NCBI GenBank assembly: GCA_041743505.1
Contig: JBGTMQ010000017.1
Span: 85,368-149,367, forward strand
Reading direction: 5' to 3'
DNA from: Candidatus Saccharimonadia bacterium
GTDB taxonomy: Bacteria > Patescibacteriota > Saccharimonadia > UBA4664
DNA: 64,000 nt
Part shown: positions 9,567 through 19,581 of the stretch, piece after piece
How the letters are laid out: each line of letters opens with the position of its first letter
Numbering within the stretch: position 1 is the stretch's first letter
Notes under the pieces: generated by a model
Databases searched by the model: none
What the model was told of the DNA's origin: nothing
The model's input: the letters and a program-made list of their open reading frames with translations, nothing else
Translations under genes and position numbers: made by a program

Positions 9567-10013
9567 GTGACCGCAAAGCAACGCGTTAACCCGGACACCG
9601 TCGGCAGGGTAGCCTGCGTCCTAATCGTGTTCGTCGCCGCCCTCTGCTTAGTTGTTCCCGAGATCGCGTCGTACTTCAACTACCAGGCCATTGTCACGGT
9701 GTGCAATAAAGACACCGAGTTGCGCCCCGACGGGCTTGGTTCGTACCAGGTATTCACCCCCACCGGTGACTACACGATGGAAAACAGCTCGTGGCTAACC
9801 ATGGGCAGTAAGGAGTACGACCAAACCAGCACCGAGATTTACAACAACTGGTCGGCGCTCAAGCACGGAACCACCTACATTGTCACCATCGAGGGACTAT
9901 CCTGGACACCTCACTGGATGTCTAACAACATCATAAAGGCTGTCCCGGCCCCTGCTATCCAGCAACGCCCGGATCTCTGCTCCCCCAGAACAGAGAAGCT
10001 GAGAACCGCATGA
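9567..10013 (+). CDS. hypothetical membrane-anchored protein
   Basis: ORF from GTG 9528. A GAGG RBS 5 nt before GTG 9567 favours the shorter start. One TM helix then a hydrophilic domain. Followed by a structured terminator. Confidence 0.4.
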   Translation: MTAKQRVNPDTVGRVACVLIVFVAALCLVVPEIASYFNYQAIVTVCNKDTELRPDGLGSYQVFTPTGDYTMENSSWLTMGSKEYDQTSTEIYNNWSALKHGTTYIVTIEGLSWTPHWMSNNIIKAVPAPAIQQRPDLCSPRTEKLRTA

Positions 10014-10023
10014 ATAGCACCCG

Positions 10024-10077
10024 GACCCGAAGCGTGTCAGGCAATCCAGCCTGTACACCGATTCGGGTCCTTTTTTG
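10024..10077 (+). terminator. structured rho-independent terminator (conserved element, copy 1)
   Basis: GACCCGAA...TCAGGCAATCCAGCCTG...TTCGGGTC stem plus a T6 run. A second copy is at 12151..12200. Confidence 0.55.
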
Positions 10078-10101
10078 AAGCTAACCTGTCAACCTCAAGA
10101 G

Positions 10102-10938
10102 CTACCCGCTGGGATCATCTCCCTTCCAATCATCATCTAATATTGGCTTTCTAGCGGCCAAACGAGGCAATTCATCATAATCCGGCCGCAGCCTCAAGCC
10201 ACTACTAATTAATCCAAACAACTGCCGCATCGCCTCTGCGATCTGCGGGCTTTCAATGATCATACCCATCGCTTCACGGCCAAACGAGATGATCGACATT
10301 TTGTTGCCATATATCCCCCATTCGACCGGCGCCGTGTAGTCGCCCGCTGGGATCCAGGTACGCGTCAACAACATCAACGGATCCGTCACCTTATAGTTTG
10401 CCGCCGCCGTTGGCACATCCGCAATTATGGCGTAGCGCTTAATGCCCGCCTTCCGGGCTTTGTTCCGGATATAATGCACATACTCAAAATCATAAAATTC
10501 CAGATCTGCCGCTGTATGGATCAAGTAGATCGGCTCACCAGTCTCAATCTGATCCTCGTAAATCTTCTTCGTCTCCTCCTGCCCCTCAAACAGCCGTATC
10601 CCGGGACGCTCGTTATGAGTATTAAAAAACCGCAACAGCTCCGGCAACGATTGCTCAAAAGCCTTCTCCCGCTCCAACGCCTCATTTCGTTGCTGCCGTA
10701 CCAACTCCTCCAAAGCCACCGGGTTCAGCGCCCGGAACGTCACCTTTCGGGTATCCTTCACCCGCTCTGCTAAGCCAAGTTCAACCAGTCTGTCCAGCAC
10801 TGTGTAGGCATTCGTCCTCGTTTCGCCGCTAAAACCGGCAGTTTGAGGCGCCGTCGAATCACCATGCTCAATCAACGCCAGATACACACTAGCCTGAGCC
10901 GGGTTCAAGCCAAATCGGGTAAGCAGCTTTCGATCCAT
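10102..10938 (-). CDS. TrmB-like transcriptional regulator
   Basis: N-terminal LLTRFGLNPAQASVYLALIEHG...AYTVLDRLVELGLAERV matches the TrmB-type wHTH, followed by a coiled-coil and a C-terminal domain. Alternative start at 10974. Confidence 0.5.
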   Translation of the reverse strand: MDRKLLTRFGLNPAQASVYLALIEHGDSTAPQTAGFSGETRTNAYTVLDRLVELGLAERVKDTRKVTFRALNPVALEELVRQQRNEALEREKAFEQSLPELLRFFNTHNERPGIRLFEGQEETKKIYEDQIETGEPIYLIHTAADLEFYDFEYVHYIRNKARKAGIKRYAIIADVPTAAANYKVTDPLMLLTRTWIPAGDYTAPVEWGIYGNKMSIISFGREAMGMIIESPQIAEAMRQLFGLISSGLRLRPDYDELPRLAARKPILDDDWKGDDPSG

Positions 10939-11128
10939 AAATGCAAGCTTAACATGTCGGATTGCATCCGACAAACAATCATCATAGGTTCGATAACTTG
11001 CGTTAATTCAATGTATTAGTGTTGACAATAATGTTAATTCGTGCTAAACTGCTCCTGTTCTGTTTTCACAATGAAACACGCTGTTTTGACAATCCAGGCC
11101 ACCCCCATCGAAAGAAGGCGAGTCAGCC

Positions 11129-12124
11129 ATGCTGGCCACTACCGAGCCGTTCACTGTCCGCCATGACGGCCACCTCCGCCAGTTGTTCAAGCTCACAGAC
11201 ATACCTTGGTCCGACGACCAAGCTACCAATGCTAAGGCCGCGGCCCAGCGGTGGCTAGGCGGTGAGCATGGCAAGACTGTCGTTAAATACCCGTCGCCTA
11301 TTCTCACGGCTGTATTGCCTCTAGGCGAGGCCATGGGCATGCGTGATGCCACCTCTCCCCCGCCTGGTACCGTCCTGGATGGTACCAACAACCTCGGTGG
11401 AACTATCACGGCCGCCATCAAGCGCTACGAGCTCAACAAAAAGCTGAAGGCCGAGGGCTACCGCCTTGGTCCTATCACCGGCTGGTATGGCCAGCGGCTC
11501 CGGCAGGTCGAGCGCGAAGGCGCCGTCAATGACATTGTCGCTCGCCTTGAAGCCCAAAATCTGCTAAACCACCCCTGGGTGAAGCATCAGCTCACGCTTG
11601 GCGGGAGCCCCAACCCATGGAGGCAGCCGTTCGCCACCGAGTATGAGATCGGCATCGTTGCCGCTATCCTTGTCTTCGGCATCAATGTCAGCATCGCTCA
11701 TACCGAAGAGATTGAGGAGGCATCACGCCTTCCAGGCGTACCTGGCCGAGCCATCCTTTGGCAACGCCTGACACTGCCGGATGATTCCAGCTTGTACGTC
11801 CTCAACTGCGCCGCTCAAGAACGAATTCTCGATGGCCGTCCGTCCGATCCCCGGCCTACCACCGAGTCATCCGCCCAAGAGTGGCTCACCGTCTTCCACC
11901 CGAAATTCGGCAGCAGCATCGGTTTAGTTTCCGGCAATCCCCATACCGAACGGACCATTGGGGATGTCGATCGCATTTTCGCTCGCTCAGGTAGGAGCGA
12001 CCTCAAGATTACGGTCATCGGCACCGCTGCCACTGCTGCCACCGAAGCCGCAGAGCTTCAGCTAGCTAGGGCCATGCTCGGTGAAATCGCCCGCCTGCTC
12101 AATAACGAGCAACGAGACAACTGA
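11129..12124 (+). CDS. hypothetical protein
   Basis: 331-aa ORF with consistent coding character. No motif recognised. Followed by copy 2 of the conserved terminator element. Confidence 0.45.
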   Translation: MLATTEPFTVRHDGHLRQLFKLTDIPWSDDQATNAKAAAQRWLGGEHGKTVVKYPSPILTAVLPLGEAMGMRDATSPPPGTVLDGTNNLGGTITAAIKRYELNKKLKAEGYRLGPITGWYGQRLRQVEREGAVNDIVARLEAQNLLNHPWVKHQLTLGGSPNPWRQPFATEYEIGIVAAILVFGINVSIAHTEEIEEASRLPGVPGRAILWQRLTLPDDSSLYVLNCAAQERILDGRPSDPRPTTESSAQEWLTVFHPKFGSSIGLVSGNPHTERTIGDVDRIFARSGRSDLKITVIGTAATAATEAAELQLARAMLGEIARLLNNEQRDN

Positions 12125-12150
12125 GCAACAACTCACGCAACAGCGTTTCA

Positions 12151-12200
12151 GACCCGAAAGCTATCAGGCAATCCAGCCTGGTGCCTTCGGGTCTTTTTCT
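12151..12200 (+). terminator. structured rho-independent terminator (conserved element, copy 2)
   Basis: GACCCGAAAGCTATCAGGCAATCCAGCCTGGTGCCTTCGGGTC plus a T-run. The central loop TCAGGCAATCCAGCCTG is identical to copy 1. Confidence 0.55.
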
Positions 12201-12269
12201 TTGTTTATTTGGCAATGATGTGTCATTATTTTCGCTACGACATTCACTTTCTACACACTAGGAGTCGAA

Positions 12270-13109
12270 ATGGTCAAGTACCCCTACAAAGTAAGCTTCC
12301 CAAGTGCCCTCTATAAGCCAATTCCGACGATGCATGAACTGCGTCAACGCAAAATCGGCTACCGGGACATACCCATTGATAGAAGCAATTCACGCTACAA
12401 TGAGCCAGTCGTTGACCTAGCCGGCCTCGGTTTAGCCGGTCAAGCCTACTACTCCCGCTCTAATGCCACGCTCGATCAAGCTGTACCGGGAGTAAACCCC
12501 AAGCTATACTTGCGCCGCTCCATAGCGCAAGAACTAGCTCGTATCAATACTTCGCTCGCCAACCCGGTCATTGTTGACCTGTTTGGTAGCTCAGTAGAGC
12601 TGTATTTCGAGGACGCACTGCGGCCGGTCAGCTTGCAACAGCAACTCCATGACCAGGTCTTCCCTGACCTCCTAACCAAAGCCGGATTATCAGGTGCTGA
12701 GCTCGAACAACGGCGCAGCGAGCTCATTGCCGCTCCGTCACACGACCCTGATAGCCCACCTCCCCACAGTACCGGCGGCGCCTTCGATGTGCGCCTGCGG
12801 TATACCCAGTCCACCCGGCTCTATGTACCTGATGTTAACGTCTGGCTGGGCTACGAAGATGCCGAAACAACCGAACGCGTTAATCCTGATTACTACGAGT
12901 GGAAGCTTCCGGCTACAGCAGCCGATGCTACCGCCCAAAGGCATCGTCGCGCCTTTTACGCCATTTTGACCGGCGCAGCCTTCGGAGTCGAAACCGGTTT
13001 TGTGGTCAATCCCACCGAATCGTGGCACTACAGCCGCGGTGACCAGATGTGGGCCCGGCTAAGCGGAAATCACGCAGCCTACTATTCTCGGGTAGAAACC
13101 CCCGGCTAG
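12270..13109 (+). CDS. D-Ala-D-Ala dipeptidase-like peptidase, M15D (VanX/DdpX family)
   Basis: SHDP...HSTGGAFDV (the SxHxxGxAxD zinc motif) and ESWHY (the VanX EWWH-like motif), with a ~90-aa N-terminal extension. Confidence 0.65.
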   Translation: MVKYPYKVSFPSALYKPIPTMHELRQRKIGYRDIPIDRSNSRYNEPVVDLAGLGLAGQAYYSRSNATLDQAVPGVNPKLYLRRSIAQELARINTSLANPVIVDLFGSSVELYFEDALRPVSLQQQLHDQVFPDLLTKAGLSGAELEQRRSELIAAPSHDPDSPPPHSTGGAFDVRLRYTQSTRLYVPDVNVWLGYEDAETTERVNPDYYEWKLPATAADATAQRHRRAFYAILTGAAFGVETGFVVNPTESWHYSRGDQMWARLSGNHAAYYSRVETPG

Positions 13110-13198
13110 GAAGCGTTTATTCTCAGCAGCATCACCCAAGACAGTATTCCGTCCTTGCGCCGTCACTACCCCGAGCTGGTCTAGCATAGAATGAGGCT

Positions 13199-13480
13199 GT
13201 GATGCCTGAATACTCCCCTGTCTTTTCCATTCTGCTATTCCTCGTTGGAGCCGCCATTGGCTACACCATCTACCGGATCGGCCAACGCCCCACCGCCGAG
13301 CGGCGGATAGCAGTCTTAGCTGTCATCGAGCTCTCGCCTGAAGGCATCACCTTCGACAAGCTCCAAAACCGGCTATATCTTAACCCACGGACACTTCAAA
13401 GCACCCTCGACATCCTCGTCGACAAGACCGGCGTGGTCTATCTGGACGACAACTCGCGCTACCACGTTCGACACTACTAA
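13199..13480 (+). CDS. hypothetical small membrane-anchored protein with a possible winged-helix segment
   Basis: 93 aa. N-terminal TM helix, then GITFDKLQNRLYLNPRTLQSTLDILVDKTGVVYL, which is wHTH-like. Confidence 0.3.
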   Translation: MMPEYSPVFSILLFLVGAAIGYTIYRIGQRPTAERRIAVLAVIELSPEGITFDKLQNRLYLNPRTLQSTLDILVDKTGVVYLDDNSRYHVRHY

Positions 13481-13550
13481 CAGTCCATCCGCAACAAAGC
13501 TCCCCGGCTAACTCAGTCGGGGAGCACATTATTTTTTAAGCTCCAAATTT

Positions 13551-14597
13551 TCAGTACAAAAACTTTTCCGGTGACCGGTTGGCCAGTTTTGTGGCTATGC
13601 GTTCACCAAATTTGCGCCAAAACCGGTACTTTTGCGAACTCAGCGGCAGATCCCAGCAACCAATAAACTCGGTAATCTCAGGATTAAACTTAGACTTAAA
13701 TGCGTACAAACCGTCCCGCGGATCACCAGTACCAATCTGGTCAGGGTTGGGTACGCCCACCAGGTCATAGCTGGTAACCCCCCGGCTTTTCAGCCATCGC
13801 ATTGCTTCCCATTGGATCAAATAACTAGCCTGCAGCTCACGCTTAACATCAAACGAGCCACCGTCCTTGTACCATCCCCGCTGACCTAAAAACGTTACAA
13901 AAATACCTGCCAGCACCTCACCCTCGTGCTTAGCAAACAAAATCTGCCCCTGGCCAGCCCGGGTTTGCAACCGCCAATAGTGCTGGAAATACTTTTTAGG
14001 TCGCAAACCGTACTTGGCCCGCACCTCAGTCGCCTTCATCAATTCAAACATCTGGTCCAGATTTTCCGGTGTAAGCTCTGCCGGCTCCACCACCACACTG
14101 CCAGCCTGGCTCTTGCGGATATTGCGTCGGGCCGATTGATTAAAACTCGCCAGAATCTCGTCTTCACCCGGCGCCAGATCAACAAACACGGTCGATTTCG
14201 AGCCCGGGTCCCGGTTCGCCCGCACAACACCCAACCGTAACAAGCCATTTTTATCTGCTAAATCGTCATCCGGCACCTCGCTCTCAAACCGCACAAACGC
14301 CGCAGGTAATTTAGCCGCCTTAGTTTGAGCCACAATCTCGTAGAAATCGGCCACCGTAGCCACACCTGGTCCTTTTGGGCAATACCAGACTTCCCCCTGC
14401 AATGGCACCTGCCTCACCAGCCATTGCGCCGCTACCACCCGGCCACCCGCAAGTTGGTAGGTGTACCGGCGCGGTTGCCAACCCCATTTCGATTTGAACT
14501 CACCCCAAGCCTTAGTTTGCAACGCCATCCCACCGTCCGGGTTAGCGGCAACAAGTTCATCCCAGCGGGCTAGTTCGTCATCAGTGGCAGTTCGCAT
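13551..14597 (-). CDS. FemAB-family peptidoglycan peptide-bridge aminoacyltransferase
   Basis: 348 aa, two GNAT-like halves. N-terminal ALQTKAWGEFKSKWGW and overall architecture typical of FemX/FemAB (lipid II aminoacyl transferase). Confidence 0.65.
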   Translation of the reverse strand: MRTATDDELARWDELVAANPDGGMALQTKAWGEFKSKWGWQPRRYTYQLAGGRVVAAQWLVRQVPLQGEVWYCPKGPGVATVADFYEIVAQTKAAKLPAAFVRFESEVPDDDLADKNGLLRLGVVRANRDPGSKSTVFVDLAPGEDEILASFNQSARRNIRKSQAGSVVVEPAELTPENLDQMFELMKATEVRAKYGLRPKKYFQHYWRLQTRAGQGQILFAKHEGEVLAGIFVTFLGQRGWYKDGGSFDVKRELQASYLIQWEAMRWLKSRGVTSYDLVGVPNPDQIGTGDPRDGLYAFKSKFNPEITEFIGCWDLPLSSQKYRFWRKFGERIATKLANRSPEKFLY

Positions 14598-14666
14598 TTG
14601 TATTATTGTACCTCAACCATTACTCATCACACGCCTTCAACCAAACCCTTTTAGGCCCAGGCCTTC

Positions 14667-15692
14667 TTAAGTATGCCGCCGCCCCAAAAGCCGCCGCCCA
14701 ATCGGCTTAGCTAGCGGCCATAACCGCTCCCACAACTTATAACCAAACTTATTCAACGGATAATCCCATGTGCCTATATAATCCGTCTCATCCGGACCAA
14801 ATCCGTCCTTAAAGCGGGAAACTCCCTCATTCAGCCGGCCGTTAAAGTCGTACACATGATATCCGGCCACCTTCATATCCATCATGACCCGCCATTTCAA
14901 AAAGTAGTTAGCCTTCAACTCCTGGCCCTCAACCGTCACGCCACCATACAGCTCGTAAGCAGTCTCCCCGGCTGTCCCCAACCATAAAAATGCCACCGGC
15001 CGCCCCCCAACCCGTGCATAATACAACCAACCCTGCGGTCCAAATTGGCTATACAGAACCGAATAATAGTCCTCTGTGTGAATGCCAAAACCAGCCCGTT
15101 TCGCCGTTTCTCCGTAAATCTCGTACATCGGCCCCAGATCACCAGCCGTTTCCCGCATCACCTCCACGCCGTCACGCTCAGCCTTGCGAATGTACTGACG
15201 ATGCTTGCGCGCCATCGGCGCAAGTATCGCCTCCTCGGGCTTCGTCAGGTCAATGGTGTAAGTCTCACCCAGCTGAATCTGGTTCACCGCCTTCACCCAC
15301 CCGGGCGGCAGTTTAGCCTTAGTCCAAGCCGGCTCCAGCCTCACATACAGCACCCGGTGCGCCTTGGCCCACTCCGCCAGTTGCCGCAACAACATCACCA
15401 TAGCCGGATTAGTCGGATCTACTACCGGCCCACGCGGCACATACGCCACAAACCGGCCGGTATGCGGTATGGGCCACAGCAGCACCTGCACCGCCGCCGC
15501 CCACTCGCTGCCGGCCTGCAGCGCCAGGCGGTACGGCACCCAGCTGTTGGTTCGTTTAGCCTCGCCCCAACCCCAAAGCTGCAACGGATGGCCTTGCGGA
15601 TGCCCGGCTACATATGCGTCCCAGGTCCCAGCATCAGTTATTTCGACGATTTGCATAGCCGCATTGTACCCGATTTGCCACCGCTTGTTCAT
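14667..15692 (-). CDS. FemAB-family peptidoglycan peptide-bridge aminoacyltransferase (paralog)
   Basis: 341 aa, same architecture as 13551..14597 (LQLWGWGEAKRTNSW...). Tandem paralog. Confidence 0.65.
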   Translation of the reverse strand: MNKRWQIGYNAAMQIVEITDAGTWDAYVAGHPQGHPLQLWGWGEAKRTNSWVPYRLALQAGSEWAAAVQVLLWPIPHTGRFVAYVPRGPVVDPTNPAMVMLLRQLAEWAKAHRVLYVRLEPAWTKAKLPPGWVKAVNQIQLGETYTIDLTKPEEAILAPMARKHRQYIRKAERDGVEVMRETAGDLGPMYEIYGETAKRAGFGIHTEDYYSVLYSQFGPQGWLYYARVGGRPVAFLWLGTAGETAYELYGGVTVEGQELKANYFLKWRVMMDMKVAGYHVYDFNGRLNEGVSRFKDGFGPDETDYIGTWDYPLNKFGYKLWERLWPLAKPIGRRLLGRRHT

Positions 15693-15760
15693 CCACTAGT
15701 TGACCATCACACCTAACGCATGCTATCAACTCGATATGGCATCACTTCGGGGGAGGGTCC

Positions 15761-16123
15761 ATGGACGCCATTTGCGGTATTTGGTCGGCCCAAGTGCCGG
15801 CCATCATCACCGACCACCATAGCTTAAGGGCTAAAGGCCAGGTAGTTCTCATCTACGATACCAGTGAACCGCTGCATATTGAGGTTTTGCTAGGCCGGAC
15901 CCGTGGCTTACCCGCGCATATCTGGCAACTCAGCTACAACCTCTTCTACGGGCCGTTTGAAGAATTCACCTTTCACGCTCGTAAGGACCGGCTCTCCATC
16001 ACGCTCCTTAATGAATCCATCCATTTATTCCTCGACAGCCTGGAGATAATGCGCCAAATTGGCGCCGATAGCGTCCCTTCAGCCTGGGACGAGCTCCTGG
16101 ATCGCCTGCGCGAAACCAGTTGA
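15761..16123 (+). CDS. hypothetical protein
   Basis: 120-aa soluble ORF. No motif recognised with confidence. Confidence 0.35.
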   Translation: MDAICGIWSAQVPAIITDHHSLRAKGQVVLIYDTSEPLHIEVLLGRTRGLPAHIWQLSYNLFYGPFEEFTFHARKDRLSITLLNESIHLFLDSLEIMRQIGADSVPSAWDELLDRLRETS

Positions 16124-16216
16124 GCCCATTCTCGAATTCGTTCGAGAGTGGGCTCCATTTATGCTCAGGCTCACACAATTTCGCATATTCCGCTCCAACA
16201 CGTTAAAATCAAGCTC

Positions 16217-17260
16217 ATGAAAATACTCGGCATCGAAACCAGCTGCGACGAAACTGCCGCCGCCCTCGTCCAGGACGGCCGCCACGTCCTGTCCAACGTT
16301 ATCGCCAGCCAAATCGACATTCACACCGAATACGGCGGCGTCGTCCCCGAAGTCGCTGCCAGAAGCCACATCGAGGTCATATTGCCCGTCATCCACCAGG
16401 CCCTTGACCAAGCCAATACTACCTGGGACGACATCGACGGCATCGCCGTCACCCACGGCCCCGGCCTGCTTGGCTCACTCCTCATCGGCACTATGACCGC
16501 CCGCTCCATCGCCCTAGCCCGCCACAAGCCACTCTACGCCGTCAATCACGTCGTCGCCCACACCTTCGCCAACGCCCTCATCCCCCAAACCGCCGGCTTT
16601 ACACCAGATCTCTTTCCCCTACTCTCCCTCTCCGCCTCAGGCAAGCACTCCGACCTGCTTCTATTCGAATCCCCCCTCAAATACCGCTTGCTCGGTCAAT
16701 CCCGCGACGACGCCGCCGGCGAAGCCTTCGACAAAGTCGCCCGTCTCCTCGGCCTCGCCTATCCCGGCGGCCCCAAGATCGACCAAATGGCCCCTCTCGG
16801 CAATCCAAACGTCTTTAAGCTCCCCAAAGCCAACCTCGGAGGCTCATACGATTTTAGTTTCTCGGGCTTAAAAACCGCCGTCCTGCGCCAACTCCAAGCC
16901 GCTGTCGGCGGCGACTTCCGTACTCACTCCACCGAAATACCGGCCCGACTCACCGACCAACAAAAGCACGACATGGCCGCTAGCTTCCAGCAAACTATCT
17001 ACGAAACCATGGCCGGCCAACTCCACCGCGCTTACGTGGAATTCCAACCCAAAACTGTAGTTATCGCCGGTGGCGTGGCCGCCAGCCGCCGTCTACGCGA
17101 GATTGTTTCACAACAAATTCCCCTCGAAATGAACTACGCCCCCATGCAATACTGCACCGACAACGGCGCCATGGTCGCAGCTCTCGGCTATCACCTTGCC
17201 CAAGCCGGCCACTCCGTAGATCCCCTCACCCTTAAAACCAACCCCAGCTTAGAGGTCTAA
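16217..17260 (+). CDS. tsaD: tRNA N6-adenosine threonylcarbamoyltransferase TsaD (Kae1/Gcp)
   Basis: MKILGIETSCDETAAALV N-terminus and Kae1/TsaD metal-binding His motifs (HVVAH..). The ORF opens at 16148, but the conserved start is 16217. Confidence 0.85.
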   Translation: MKILGIETSCDETAAALVQDGRHVLSNVIASQIDIHTEYGGVVPEVAARSHIEVILPVIHQALDQANTTWDDIDGIAVTHGPGLLGSLLIGTMTARSIALARHKPLYAVNHVVAHTFANALIPQTAGFTPDLFPLLSLSASGKHSDLLLFESPLKYRLLGQSRDDAAGEAFDKVARLLGLAYPGGPKIDQMAPLGNPNVFKLPKANLGGSYDFSFSGLKTAVLRQLQAAVGGDFRTHSTEIPARLTDQQKHDMAASFQQTIYETMAGQLHRAYVEFQPKTVVIAGGVAASRRLREIVSQQIPLEMNYAPMQYCTDNGAMVAALGYHLAQAGHSVDPLTLKTNPSLEV

Positions 17261-17323
17261 CCGCCATAAAGCTGTTATAATATGTCCTCTCCGCACGTCT
17301 TAGGGCCTTAGAAATGAGCGGTT

Positions 17324-18595
17324 CTACTCTGCATCGTTCGACTGCCACCACTTATCCCACTGCTGCTTTACTGCATCCCGGTCGCTCTTAGGTAGGGTAC
17401 CAAGAATAAATACCTTGCCATTATCGGCAAATAGCTGGTTGAAGACGGTTAGAATCTCGGCCCTGGTGATGCCTTGAATGACGGCACACAGGTCGGCAAT
17501 AGATACCGTCTCACCGGTGAGCTGGTAATACCAGGCCAACGTATCGAGCTCGTTTCTGGGGAAGTATCGGTCGATCATCATGGTTGTTGTGCGATGATGC
17601 ACGTAGGCCCCGTATTGCTCGTCGGTAAGATCACGGCTGAATGCTCGTAAACCCTGCTCGAGCGCCATGTAGAAGGGCAGCACCTTACCGGGCGCAAAGC
17701 TCGCCACAATCTCAAATGTACCGCAAAAGTTAAGGGTGTTGGCATCGACCGCCAAATCATAAATCAGGCCCTTATCCCGCAAATAACGCCAGAGGTACGC
17801 CTGAAGCATCTCGGCGAGCAGATCGACCGTTGCATCATCCTTCAGGGTGCGCCACGGGTAAAAATGAATGTATCCGAACCTGACTTGCTCGGCTTTGTAC
17901 GATTTCAGCGCTAAGCTCTTGTTGTGCGAATTGGGGCCCATCAGCTCGAGCGGTGCAGCCGCATAGGTAGAACCTTCCGGCACGACTCGTTCGAGTTCGG
18001 CGGCAAAGGCCTGGGTGTCGATCTCACCAGCAACCGCCAGGATTGCACCGTCCGGCAGATAGTAGCGTTTGCGAAACTCAAGCACCGCGCCGACCGACTC
18101 GGGCATATCAAATGCTTCCGGGTCGCGGCCAAGCGATGAATCCAAGCCGTAAAAGCCTTCGAGCGTGTAGGCATTATGCCGTGACTCAAGTGTATCGCGC
18201 TCCCCTAGCGACTCCTCCGTAATGACACCAAATTGGGTCTGTAATTTGTCATCGGGCAGATCAATGGGTGCAAATATAGTTTGGATTGCAGCAATGGCTT
18301 GGGAAAGATCCTCTTTAGGAACCGCAAACGAATAAATCGTATTCATCGAGTACACCGCCGCCGAAAACGTATCCCGGATATATACCGGTATCCAGCTTGC
18401 TTGGTCAAAGGAATCATGCAGCTTATCTGAGATAACATGCTCGATTAGGTGGGAAAATCCATGCTCCCCGTCTCCCTCATGGGCCGCACCGACCGGCAAG
18501 GACAATTGGAAATAGACCGCCTCGAGTTTGGAGTAGTCGGATACGGTAATGAGTGTAAGCCCATTGGATAATGTCTTGGTGGTGGCTGATTTCAT
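17324..18595 (-). CDS. M16 family (pitrilysin/insulinase-like) zinc peptidase
   Basis: HxxEH inverted zinc motif (GFSHLIEHV), size 423 aa. Confidence 0.65.
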   Translation of the reverse strand: MKSATTKTLSNGLTLITVSDYSKLEAVYFQLSLPVGAAHEGDGEHGFSHLIEHVISDKLHDSFDQASWIPVYIRDTFSAAVYSMNTIYSFAVPKEDLSQAIAAIQTIFAPIDLPDDKLQTQFGVITEESLGERDTLESRHNAYTLEGFYGLDSSLGRDPEAFDMPESVGAVLEFRKRYYLPDGAILAVAGEIDTQAFAAELERVVPEGSTYAAAPLELMGPNSHNKSLALKSYKAEQVRFGYIHFYPWRTLKDDATVDLLAEMLQAYLWRYLRDKGLIYDLAVDANTLNFCGTFEIVASFAPGKVLPFYMALEQGLRAFSRDLTDEQYGAYVHHRTTTMMIDRYFPRNELDTLAWYYQLTGETVSIADLCAVIQGITRAEILTVFNQLFADNGKVFILGTLPKSDRDAVKQQWDKWWQSNDAE

Positions 18596-18625
18596 ACGGT
18601 GATTATAGCGGATTTAAAACAAAGC

Positions 18626-18668
18626 AGAGTCGGTGAGGTAGCAAAAACACTACCTCACCGACTCCTTC
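18626..18668 (-). terminator. rho-independent terminator
   Basis: Perfect 15-bp stem GAGTCGGTGAGGTAG/CTACCTCACCGACTC, followed on the minus strand by a T-rich tract. It lies downstream of the 18691..18864 gene. Confidence 0.6.
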
Positions 18669-18690
18669 AAAATTCAAACAATCATACTAC

Positions 18691-18864
18691 TTAGCGGCCG
18701 CCACGGCCGCTATTACCACCCTGGCCGGTGCGCCGGTCAGTCCCGTGGGTCTTGTTGGTCTGACGACCGGAACCGGTACCAGTATCGGTCTTGAACAGCT
18801 TGCCGACGGAGGTGCCGCCGCCCTTCGGCGTCTGCCCACCCTTATACCACGGCTTCTTGCCCAT
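18691..18864 (-). CDS. small glycine-rich basic protein, KGG-repeat stress-protein-like
   Basis: MGKKPWYKGGQTPKGGG... with KGG repeats. A GAGAGGG RBS lies 7 nt upstream of Met 18864. The ORF extends to 18900. Confidence 0.4.
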   Translation of the reverse strand: MGKKPWYKGGQTPKGGGTSVGKLFKTDTGTGSGRQTNKTHGTDRRTGQGGNSGRGGR

Positions 18865-18990
18865 GTAGTTCACCCTCTCGAGAGGTGTAGGGAGTAGCAC
18901 CTAATGGCTGTCGTTTCCCCGCTCGAATGCCGAGAAACCAAGGTGCTCGCCGTAGAATACTATACAGATTGGGGTTTGTCAAGAGGAAAT

Positions 18991-19581
18991 CTAACCCAGC
19001 AAATGTCTGCCGCGCTCGTCAATCTCAACCGCACCCTGTCGGATAACCTCAATCTCATCAGCCACCACCCGAATAATCGTCGAAGGCGCCCGCCCTGACA
19101 AATCGCCCTTGTCTACGTAAAAATCCACCTTGTCACCAAAATAATCCCGCGCTTCCTGCAAAACAGTCGCGCCAGGCTCACCAGGCTGATTTGCACTCGA
19201 AGTCACCAACGGACCTGTCTGTTCAAGAACTTGCCGCACGTGCTCATCAGCCACCACCCGGAACCCCTGCCTCCCCGTATCCTGATGCAAATAGGCCAAG
19301 TCCTCGCCCAATGGCGTTTCCACGCTCAGCGGATTCGGCCACCACCGCTCAACCCGGCGCAAATGCTGCTCAGGCACCCCCAACTCAATCAGCTGCTCCA
19401 CACTCGCCGCAATCACTGTCCCCGGCTTCCGCTCCCGTCGCTTCAGCGCGTACAGCCGCGCCACAGCCGCCTTATCAGCCGCCCGGGCCACCAATCCATA
19501 CACCGTATCCGTCGGCATCACACCCACGCCGCCCGCATTCAGGATGGCTACCGCGTCTTCAGCTAAGTGTGTTGTTATCAT
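18991..19581 (-). CDS. tsaC: L-threonylcarbamoyladenylate synthase TsaC/YrdC/Sua5 family
   Basis: PTDTVYGL...KxRxxxKP YrdC signature. Conserved start at Met 19581; the ORF extends to 19713. Confidence 0.8.
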   Translation of the reverse strand: MITTHLAEDAVAILNAGGVGVMPTDTVYGLVARAADKAAVARLYALKRRERKPGTVIAASVEQLIELGVPEQHLRRVERWWPNPLSVETPLGEDLAYLHQDTGRQGFRVVADEHVRQVLEQTGPLVTSSANQPGEPGATVLQEARDYFGDKVDFYVDKGDLSGRAPSTIIRVVADEIEVIRQGAVEIDERGRHLLG

